From assembly GCF_006345805.1 (NCBI RefSeq), contig NW_021826863.1, positions 1 through 11,948 of the forward strand: DNA of 11,948 nt, read 5' to 3'. Shown here in pieces: positions 1 to 8,590 of this stretch. Position 1 is the stretch's first letter. Each line of letters opens with the position of its first letter. The notes below the pieces were generated by a model that was not told where the DNA came from, searched no databases, and was given only the letters and a program-made list of their open reading frames with translations. The DNA comes from Octopus sinensis (lineage: Eukaryota). The translations under genes and the position numbers were made by a program.

Positions 1-113
1 CCCTGTAAAGATGAAAGGCAAAAAGGACCTCGACGGAATTTGAACTCAGAAAGTAAAGACGGACGAAATGCCGCTAAGCATTTCGCCCGGTGTGCTAACG
101 ACTCTGCCAGCCA
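1..113 (-). mobile_element. tRNA-derived SINE, 5' part (family A); continues off the left edge
   Basis: Minus strand has A-box-like TGGCAGAGTCGTTAG (95-109) and B-box GAGTTCAAATTCC (35-47). 58-111 matches 6163-6216 at 47/54 nt. Resembles octopus tRNA-derived SINEs from memory; subfamily not verified. Confidence 0.8.
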
Positions 114-118
114 TCTTA

Positions 119-154
119 ACAATAATAATGATAATGATGATGATGATGATGATG

Positions 155-230
<76 letters not shown>

Positions 231-259
231 TAATAATAACAACAACAACAACAACAACA
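119..259. repeat. Compound (AAT)n/(GAT)n/(AAC)n microsatellite
   Basis: Read directly; explains the poly-N/D/I/M ORFs at 40-496. Confidence 0.97.
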
Positions 260-260
260 T

Positions 261-431
261 CGAAGAATACCTTAGGAATGAGAACCCAGGTTCGAAATTT
301 CCCCCCAAGACACCTGAAGAAGGCTGGAGGGTATATCAGCCGAAACAACAAACAAGATGAGGACAAATATTCGTCAAATGTAAATAATGTAAATGATGTA
401 CATAATTCCTCATCTCTTAAATATAGAACTG
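261..431 (+). mobile_element. Probable terminal (pLTR-like) fragment of a Penelope-like element
   Basis: Non-repetitive segment containing CTGAAGAA-GGCTG..CAGCC-GAAAC, the hammerhead-type signature typical of PLE termini. Boundaries approximate; family assignment is inference. Confidence 0.45.
314..346 (+). ncRNA. Partial hammerhead ribozyme-like core
   Basis: CTGAAGA (314-320), A, stem II GGCTG (322-326)/CAGCC (337-341), GAAAC (342-346). No GTH triplet or stem I partner follows, so it is incomplete. Confidence 0.4.
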
Positions 432-499
432 GAAAAGGCATGTTCAGAATCAATCCTTTCTGTCTCACCAGTCCACTTTCGTCTACCTTTCGATAAACA

Positions 500-515
500 C
501 ACTAGATGGCAGCAC
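500..515 (+). promoter_or_regulatory. CTCF-like motif CACTAGATGGCAGCAC
   Basis: Close match to the CTCF core consensus CCASYAGRKGGCRS, with only the first C replaced by A (499). Motif only, no binding evidence. Confidence 0.35.
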
Positions 516-740
516 CTCCCTCTCTGCCCTCGCCTTCCCACAATGAAATGAAATGAAAATTGAGCAATTAAGTAGAGGATAATATGAAAACGTACTTTAG
601 ATAAACAACAAACAAACAAACAAACGAAAAAAAAAAGATAAGTCAAGTGACTATTATGATAGTGGGAAATTATAAGTACATTTCCTTTAAAAATACAAAG
701 GAAACCAAAGAAATAAAACCGCGACAACAGTAATATTACT

Positions 741-780
741 AACAACAAAAACAACAACAACAACAACAACAATAATAATG

Positions 781-869
<89 letters not shown>

Positions 870-1054
870 GATAATAATAATAATTATAATAATAACAATA
901 ATAATAAAATAATAATAATAATAATAATTAATTCTTTTATAATAATAATAATACTAATCCTAATAATAATAATAATTAATTCTTTTATAATAATACTAAT
1001 ACTAATACTAATAATAATGATAATAATAATAATAAAGTAATGGTGATGATGATT

Positions 1055-1111
<57 letters not shown>

Positions 1112-1135
1112 TAATAAAGTGATGAAGATGATAAT
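741..1135. repeat. Compound (AAC)n/(AAT)n/(GAT)n microsatellite with internal duplication
   Basis: Read directly. AATTAATTCTTTTATAATAATA occurs twice (~926 and ~973). Confidence 0.95.
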
Positions 1136-1255
1136 GAACAAAACGAATGCATTACAATTGTGACTCATTTAAAAAGAATATCGAGCCATAAATTAGAATA
1201 ATGATCACGTGACCTAAATTGAAGATTGTTTTGATAATTGCTATAGTGTTTAAAT

Positions 1256-1406
1256 AGCAACAACAACAACAACAACACGACAACAACAACAACAATAACA
1301 ACAACGACAACGAATAGAGCAACAACACATACAACAACAACAACAACAAGGTAACGAAAGCAACAAGAATAGCAGAGTCATCTGATGATGACGACGACGA
1401 CGACGG

Positions 1407-1441
<35 letters not shown>

Positions 1442-1508
1442 AGGAGGAGGATGACGACGGTGATGATGATGATGATGATGAGGATGGTGGTGGTGACGAC
1501 GACTACGG

Positions 1509-1587
<79 letters not shown>

Positions 1588-1652
1588 GGTGGTGTTGATG
1601 ATGATAATGATGATGATGATGATGATGATGATTAGGAGGAGGATGACGACGG

Positions 1653-1736
<84 letters not shown>

Positions 1737-1897
1737 AGATGATGATGATGATGAAGAAGATGATGATGATGATGATATGATGATGCCACCGATACCGACG
1801 ACGACGACGACGATGACGGCAGTGGCGGTGGCGGAGACCGTGGTGATGACAATGACGATAATGACAATGACGACGATGACAATGACGACGACGGACG
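1256..1897. repeat. (AAC)n followed by a long (GAT)n/(GAC)n/(GGT)n array with higher-order duplication
   Basis: Read directly. The interruption TAGGAGGAGGATGACGACGGTGATG recurs at 1441 and 1633. Confidence 0.95.
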
Positions 1898-2102
1898 ATC
1901 ATTTCCAACAAAAGCACGATGACACGAATAAGTACGAGCGAAGCATTTTTTTTTGCTCGATGCCCTAACGCTTCCACGAATAATAATAATAATTCCTTTT
2001 TATTATCACAAGTGCTGGAGACTTCGCAGAAAGTATATTTTTCGAAAGATCCATAGAAAAAACAAAAAAAAACCCCACCCAAAATACAATAAACAATAAA
2101 CA

Positions 2103-2530
2103 GGCGCAGGAGTGGCTGTGTGGTAAGTAGCTTGTCTACCAACCACATGATTGCGGGTTCAGTCCCACTGCGTGGCACCTTGGGCAAGTGTCTTCTGTTA
2201 TAGCCCCGGGCCGACCAAAGCCTTGAGAGTGGATTTGGTAGACGGAAACTGAAAGAAGCCTGTCGTATATATGTATATATGTAATATATATATATATGCG
2301 TGTGTGTATTTGTGTGTCTGTGTTTGTCCCTCTAGCATTGCTTGACAACTGATTCTGGTGTACTTATGTCCCCGTTACTTAGCGGTTCGGCAAAAGAGAC
2401 CGATAGAATAAGTACTGGGCTTACAAAAGAATAAGTCGCGGGGTCGAGTTGCTCGACTAAAGGCGGTGCTCCAGCATGGCCGCAGTCAAATGACTGAAAC
2501 AAGTAAAAGAATAAAAGAAAAGAATAAAGA
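2103..2530 (+). mobile_element. Near full-length composite tRNA-derived SINE (family B): head, TA/TG tract, 3' module, A-rich tail
   Basis: A box TGGCTGTGTGG (2113-2123) and B box GGGTTCAGTCCC (2155-2166). The head (2103-2265) recurs inverted at 6768-6926 and 10086-10246. The 3' module (~2320-2500) recurs inverted at 8255-8398. Ends in (AAAAGAAT)-like repeats. Confidence 0.88.
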
Positions 2531-2780
2531 ATAATAAAAATACGGGGATCGGGAAAATTTACGAATCGTATATGTGGGGAGTTGAACCATAACAATGGTG
2601 TTATTTGTCATATGGCCTCACATTACATCAATACCTCTCTACTTATCTGGTACTTAAACTCTTGACAGATGGAGATAGTGTCAAGTGTGCGGAAATGAAA
2701 ATATCTAGAAAACGACGGTGTGACGGACATGTTGTGATGGAGAATTTGTTTACAAATCTATGCTCAGATACCTTGCAGTC

Positions 2781-2821
2781 AATGGCAGCAGCAGTAGCAG
2801 GAGCAGCAGCAGCAGCAGCAC
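2781..2821. repeat. Imperfect (GCA)n repeat
   Basis: Read directly. Confidence 0.85.
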
Positions 2822-2836
2822 TTTGAGATACGGTTA

Positions 2837-2837
<1 letters not shown>

Positions 2838-2876
<39 letters not shown>

Positions 2877-2980
2877 ATATAATATGTATAGGATTATATA
2901 TATATAATATGTAGGATATATATATATATAATATGTAGGAATATATATATATATATACACTTACATGTATATATATATAG

Positions 2981-3012
<32 letters not shown>

Positions 3013-3190
3013 GTATACGTATACACATATTCATCCGTATGGTATGTATATAAATATACATATATACATACATATATACAATAATGATATATGACGTATA
3101 TAAGTGCATACATATATACATATATATACTTACACATATGGGTACATATGTGCACGTATATATATATTATATATGTATGATATTTGCATA

Positions 3191-3235
<45 letters not shown>

Positions 3236-3451
3236 TATCCATGCGTATACACACACACACACACACACATATACACCATATATGATATATATATTAGATA
3301 TATATATATATATATAATATATATATATATATATACATGTGCTGGTATGGTTTGTAAATGTGTTTATATAAATGTACACGTACACTATATATATATGTGT
3401 GTGTGTGTGCGTGTGTATAATATGTATACATACACACACACACACACACAC
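2838..3451. repeat. Long degenerate (TA)n/(CA)n/(TG)n tract
   Basis: Read directly; source of the YIYI/HTHT ORFs. Confidence 0.95.
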
Positions 3452-3654
3452 CATTTCTGTGGTATTTCCATTACCAATCTATATTTGTTAAGAACTAATC
3501 TACAAGTGGACATAAACGACACATTTCTGAGTTTTCAATTGGTTTCTCAAGTGGCCGCGCCGCCCCAAACGCGCCCGTCCAACGCCACACAACGCCGCGC
3601 ATTTCTGTGGAATATGCGTCTCTGGACTCGGATTAAAAATAGAAACATGTGTAC

Positions 3655-3935
3655 GACGTACATACAACTCCATACATATATAGACATATGTGTGTGTGTA
3701 TTGTGTGTGTGTGTATTGTGTTGTGTGTATTGTGTGTGTGTATGTACGGCTATACTTGAAAATAGTCTTTTATGGAAAAATGACTCAACGCATTTATTTC
3801 AAGTTGAGTGTCACAAAATGGCTTATGACAGTGACTTCGCATTTCCATCGCTGATTGTGGCTTCGTGAGACAACCCTTTCTCTTTCTGTCTCTCTCTGTG
3901 TCTTTCTCTTCCTCTCTCTCATCCCTCTTTCTCTG
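3655..3935. repeat. (TG)n and (CT)n low-complexity tracts separated by unique sequence
   Basis: TG-rich 3685-3745; CT-rich 3876-3935. Confidence 0.8.
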
Positions 3936-4283
3936 TTTATTTATACATACATGCATACTTACATATTCCTTTAAAAACAAGGACTACTCATAGAACACTT
4001 CAATAAAAATGACAATTCGGTGCCAACATAAGAAAAGCTGGTATTGTTGAGTAGAACAGAGAACAAAAGAGTCATGTCCTCTCGTAGAGATCCATCAAAA
4101 TTCCATGAGAAAGAGAACATTTATGACGAAATAATGCAGAATTTAAAAGTCATGTCCTCTAACTTGAATGCTCCTTTATACTTTTTATCATAGATGCATT
4201 ATGTTATGTACCAGAAATTTTTTCCCAAAATCCTAGAAATATTAGGTTTTTCAAAGAAAGATCAAATGAAGCTGACGCAGATT

Positions 4284-4676
4284 ACTTGTACTTATACTTG
4301 TACTTGTGGCGACATTCACCCTGGGTGGGTTGAGTCGGCTTCTTTGGAAGAAGTTTCGTGGGAATATGTGGATTTCACAAGCGGTCCCCAACAATCACGC
4401 ATGTAGGGACATCCTGTTTGCCGCAGATTGTCCGCAGACGCAGGGACAGAACGACCGAGGAGCCGTGGGTTGCGCGAAATAGACACTCCGAGGATTTTCA
4501 CCAGAGCCCCGTGTGCCGGTTTGTGGCCCTAATACCACTCGGTGTCAGACCAATCCGCCTTGGGTGGCCCTACCAGGAACCGAAGTTCCCGACGGCATAG
4601 CTCTGACACTACCCGTTGACAGCGTCCCCACCACGGTGAGGAGGGGATGGACTTTGGGGACGTCAGGTACCTTACC
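4284..4676 (+). mobile_element. GC-rich segment resembling the 5' UTR of an RTE-clade LINE
   Basis: CCCTACCAGGA..CCCGACGGCATAGCTCT..CCCACCACGGTGAGGAGGGGATG (4568-4649) resembles RTE 5'-UTR motifs from memory, unverified. Starts with (TACTTG)n; bracketed by CTGACGCAGATT at 4272-4283 and 4677-4688. Confidence 0.45.
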
Positions 4677-4929
4677 CTGACGCAGATTCTCTAAATCCGA
4701 TCTATTAGTGGCACACAATCTAATAGATTTATACGGCTTTCCAAAGATTCTCCATCTGAGATTCTTCAGGTGAGAAGATACCCACACTTAGGTATATGCA
4801 TCGACGGCTGAACCAACACTCTCCAACTCAATCATATATTTACCAACAACGGAATTCTCTTAGCTCAGAAAGCTTTGTCGCTTTGATTGGCACCGGCTGA
4901 GCTCTTTCAAGAACTTAAATGAGAAGTAT

Positions 4930-5030
4930 ATCGTACTATATGGATGAACTTAGGGTCTTGGGAAGAAACGCAAGTCCTTAATGAATTCGTGTGCTACAAA
5001 TGGTAACGATATCTGGGGCTAGAAAAACCT
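4930..5030 (+). pseudogene. Possible decayed N-terminus of an RTE apurinic-like endonuclease
   Basis: One frame reads YRTIWMNLGSWEETQVLNEFVCYKW*RYLGLEK, loosely like the APE start WNVRTL..G....L..E..RYK.DILGL.E. Very degenerate. Confidence 0.25.
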
Positions 5031-5154
5031 TGAAGACCTTATTAAGATTTAAAGGATGATGGACAAAGCAAGATGCTCTCCTTCACGGTCTTGCTACCAA
5101 GTAGGTGGCTGGTCAGAATTTATTCTAAATTAAAAAAAGGAAAGAGAACATAGG

Positions 5155-5276
5155 TACGTCCGTCTGTCCGTCCGTCCGTCCGTCCGTACGTACGTACATA
5201 CATATGTACATACGTACATACATACATACATACATACATACATACATACATACATACATACATACATACATACATA
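5155..5276. repeat. Graded tetranucleotide array (GTCC)n to (GTAC)n to (ATAC)n
   Basis: Read directly. Confidence 0.95.
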
Positions 5277-5494
5277 AAAATTGACTGGCTGATTCGTACA
5301 TTACAAGTGCAATCTGTGAGTGGAACAGTAAAAATATGCAAGACATTTCTCAATTTCCAAATGTGAATTTGACTGTGTTAACTACATCCCAAAGATGGAG
5401 CCTTGTATCTTTGTTGGAAACCGGTTCCCTCCTCAGTGGAAGATTTATAATAATTAAAAACATAGACAAGACACATACAAACATACATACATAT

Positions 5495-5772
5495 TGGCTG
5501 CCCCCTCGTTATCGAGTATGGCTATTGCACGAAGCTTAACTGTTATTGGTGCTGTGATCGAATGTGACTTTTTAGCCCAGCTAAAGATCTACAATGTCTT
5601 GTACAGAATTGGCAACTAAAACCTTTACCGGTAATAGCCGGCTGTAGTTGTAGCTAGGCTTCATGTACCTTTGCATGTTGTTTAAGTCTTCCTGCCGAAT
5701 TACTCTCTCTTCCACATGCCTGACAGATATGATTAGTATGGTGTGTAACACCACCACCAGTGGCCAGGATGT
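5495..5772 (-). mobile_element. 3' end of an RTE-like LINE: C-terminal double C2H2 zinc finger, 3' UTR, (TATG)n tail
   Basis: Minus frame 5770-5543 reads LATGGGVTHHTNHICQACGRESNSAGRLKQHAKVHEA*LQLQPAITGKGFSCQFCTRHCRSLAGLKSHIRSQHQ*, with one internal stop at 5654-5656. CxxC..S..GL.SH.R.H is the typical RTE ORF2 terminus. The last 45 nt match 10811-10855 at 43/45. Confidence 0.75.
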
Positions 5773-5773
5773 C

Positions 5774-5816
5774 ACATACATACATACATACATACATACA
5801 TACATACATACATACA

Positions 5817-5848
<32 letters not shown>
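5774..5848. repeat. (CATA)n microsatellite
   Basis: Read directly. Confidence 0.97.
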
Positions 5849-6162
5849 CAAGATACATTCCAGAAGTTTCGAGACCTTGTTTTAGGAGGCATTTGTTAAA
5901 TTCAAAGACGTACAAAACTCTGATGTTCTTCAAAGTAGAATCCTTTAACTTCAACGCCCTTCTTGTATCTTGCGATGAAATCTCTTACTGAACTCCCTCA
6001 GAGCTTACATAAAATACTCTCTGTTGACCCTCTGGCTAGATGAGAAGCCAGTGGATGTAGATGATGCTTTTGCTGTCGAAAAAGGGGATCATCATAAGCT
6101 TCTCCATGGACTTATATTGCCTGGTCACATGTGACAGCGAAAAACAGATGCAAGGCAATAAC

Positions 6163-6224
6163 GACGGATGAAATGCCGCTAAGCATTTTGTCCGGCGCGC
6201 TAACGATTCTGTCAGCTCGCCGCA
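6163..6224 (-). mobile_element. Truncated 5' head of family A SINE
   Basis: 47/54 identity with 58-111; retains the A-box region and stops before the B box. Confidence 0.8.
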
Positions 6225-6225
6225 G

Positions 6226-6226
<1 letters not shown>

Positions 6227-6269
<43 letters not shown>

Positions 6270-6293
6270 TGATGATGATGAGGAGGAGGATGG

Positions 6294-6327
<34 letters not shown>

Positions 6328-6353
6328 ATGATGACGACGACGACGACGACGGC

Positions 6354-6400
<47 letters not shown>

Positions 6401-6422
6401 GGTGATGATAATGATGATGATG

Positions 6423-6470
<48 letters not shown>
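6227..6470. repeat. (TAA)n-(GAT/GAG/GAC)n-(TAA)n compound microsatellite
   Basis: Read directly. Confidence 0.97.
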
Positions 6471-6471
<1 letters not shown>

Positions 6472-6706
6472 GTGCAGAATTTGTGGACAAAACGGTGAAA
6501 CCGTATGGCATATCACCAGCCAAGTACGCCACTGCTCCGAGGAATATAATATAGAGACGCACGACAATATAGACTAGGCTTGTCCATTGGACACTTGCAA
6601 CAAGTTGGACTTGAAAGAGCAAAAAATTGGTACGACTACAAACCCGTAGGTATCGTCGAATATAGAAATGCAAAGATCCTATGGGATTTTATGATTCAGT
6701 GCGACC
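6470..6706 (+). mobile_element. Fragment of an R4/Dong-like (RLE-type) non-LTR retrotransposon: CCHC knuckle and pre-endonuclease region
   Basis: Reads KCRICGQNGETVWHITS, then across frameshifts ..EY..HDNI..LVHWT..NK.GLERAKNWYDYKPVGIVEYRNAKILWDFMIQCD. This fits the R4-clade pattern CRxC..ETxxH..C..EYxxRHD..VHW..WYxHxP..KILWDFxIQxD that precedes the PD..D motif. Confidence 0.85.
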
Positions 6707-6709
6707 TTG

Positions 6710-6718
6710 AGAGAGAGA

Positions 6719-6761
<43 letters not shown>

Positions 6762-6767
6762 TATATA
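6710..6767. repeat. (GA)n/(CA)n/(TA)n tract, probably the internal microsatellite of the adjacent SINE
   Basis: Read directly; same position relative to the SINE head as 2266-2320. Confidence 0.9.
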
Positions 6768-6926
6768 CGTCGGTCTTCTTTCAGTTTCCGTTTACCAAAT
6801 CCACTCACAAGGCTTCGGTCGGCCCGAGGCTATAGTAGAAGACACTTGCCCAAGGTGTCGCGTAGTGGGACTGAACCCGGAACCATGCGGTTCGTAAGCA
6901 AGCTACTTACCACACAGCCACTCCGA
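6768..6926 (-). mobile_element. Family B SINE head
   Basis: Reverse complement of 2103-2265 with scattered substitutions; B box reads GGGACTGAACCC on plus. Confidence 0.88.
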
Positions 6927-7051
6927 CTAGATTGCTTAGATTTTCAAACTTTACCCAGTCTTTTAACAGCGTTTCATTCAATTTTTTTTCCGGGACAAAC
7001 AAAAGTCTGCTATTTCATTACAACCCAGACAGTATAATTCTTTTAAGCCTT

Positions 7052-7130
7052 ACCATCATCATCATTATCATTATCATCATCATCATCATCATTATTATTA
7101 TTATTGTTGTTGCTGTTGTTTTTGTTTTAA
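7052..7130. repeat. (CAT)n/(TAT)n/(TGT)n microsatellite
   Basis: Read directly. Confidence 0.9.
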
Positions 7131-7502
7131 CTTATCATTCGTTGTCTATAAATGTAATTTTAGGTTATTATTGAAGATTTACAGCCAACTTATTCTTTTG
7201 TAATTTAAAGATCATAAAAAAAAGATTGCGACTTAAAAACTTGCAACATCTTGAGAAAGAAAAATGTCGGGGGGAAAAAGAACAACAAAACAAAACAAAA
7301 AATTGACTGACGGATGAATTTTAATAAATCGACACAATATAAACAGTTTTTATTTTCTTATTAAAATAGACTCTTTTTTTTAAAAGCAATATTAAAATTT
7401 AAATCTAAGGAGAATTGGGGAAAAAAAGTAGAGGACAAAAAGAAATAAAGGGGAAGATACTAAGCTTATACACAAGTACATTTTGACCAACTGATGCGCG
7501 CG

Positions 7503-7905
7503 CACACTCACACACATACACGCACATACACATGATATATGTGTGTTTGTATATACTTGTATATGCATATATATACATACTGATATTCGTCTATATATGT
7601 ATATCTCTCTCTCTCTCTCTCACTCTCCCTCTCAATATATATATGTATATATATATATATATATATACATACACATATATACGTCTGCATATGATTTATA
7701 TATGTACATTATATTTATACATATAGTCATGCATGTGGTATACCTTATATATTATACAATATATATATTATATATCTATATATATATTGATTATATATAT
7801 TATATATATATATATATAATATATATATTATATATATATATATCTTATATATGTATCGTATATATGCGTATAAGTGTATATATAATGTGATATATATGTA
7901 TATAT
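7503..7905. repeat. Degenerate (CA)n/(CT)n/(TA)n tract
   Basis: Read directly. Confidence 0.92.
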
Positions 7906-8254
7906 AATTTTTCCACGCGGTGTATACTGACTCTCAGGTATTTTTGCTCCTTTTATATTTTCATATTTCTCCTATACACACAAACAACACACATATTATA
8001 TGTGTGTTGTGTGGTGTGTGTGTGTGTGTATAGATAAATGTATGTATACTTGTGTATATAAATTAAGCAAAAGCGAATGATCAATTTACGACACGTGTTT
8101 CAATAATGTGGTTTATCCCCCTTAGATTACCTGGTACATTTTCATATTTCTATTTACAGCAATCTGTTTAGCAAAAGATACGCGAATGTGTGTCTAAGGT
8201 CATTTATCAAGATCTGCTTGAACTCTATGAATATATATATTATATGTATTTTTA

Positions 8255-8398
8255 CTTACTGCGGCCATGCTGGAGCACCGCCTATTAGTCGAACAAATCA
8301 ACCCTGGAGCTTATTCTTTGTAAGCCTAGTACTTATTCTATCGGTCTCTTTTTCCGAACAGTTATGTTACGGGGACGTAAAGACCGCTTGTCAAGCAT
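8255..8398 (-). mobile_element. 3' module of family B SINE
   Basis: GCGGCCATGCTGGAGCACCGCC..TAGTACTTATTCTATCGGTCTCTTTT is the reverse complement of ~2340-2485. Followed by (CATA)n/(CA)n at 8398-8490, but no SINE head. Confidence 0.85.
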
Positions 8399-8436
8399 AC
8401 ATACTTACATACATACTTACATACATACATACATCT

Positions 8437-8494
<58 letters not shown>

Positions 8495-8590
8495 ACGGGA
8501 AGCTTTATGAAAATAAAACAAAGACGAAGGCAGGTGGAAAACAACGAACAATTGTATTAGTATGGCGCTCAGAAATATAAATAAAACAAT

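Noticed and set aside
1937-1960. Hairpin CGAGCGAA..TTTTGCTCG resembling a terminator
   Set aside because: Eukaryotic context, short stem, no upstream transcript evidence.
40-1968. Long ORFs with poly-N, I, M, H, S or L
   Set aside because: Translations of stop-free trinucleotide microsatellites; no domain content.
2113-2170. tRNA-like A/B boxes as a possible tRNA gene (also 35-109, ~6865-6920, ~10185-10240)
   Set aside because: No cloverleaf or acceptor stem; they continue into SINE bodies.
2605-2960. ORFs around the (GCA)n tract, including a minus-strand poly-Leu stretch ([18 protein letters not shown]) before AAG|GTATCT resembling a signal-peptide exon
   Set aside because: In-frame TAA just upstream with no ATG, weak donor, and the hydrophobicity comes from the CTG repeat.
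2894-3980. YIYI/HTHT/CVCV-rich ORFs
   Set aside because: Dinucleotide-repeat artefacts; the same applies to ORFs at 5120-5353, 7508-7890 and 10811-11280.
4300-4500. HDV-like ribozyme in the putative RTE 5' UTR (also looked in 10301-10500)
   Set aside because: Could not identify the P1/P1.1/P2/P3 nested pseudoknot or an L3 UCC.CG motif by eye; needs a descriptor search.
5849-6160. Unique segment that might be a DNA-transposon fragment
   Set aside because: No terminal inverted repeat partner or transposase motif recognisable.
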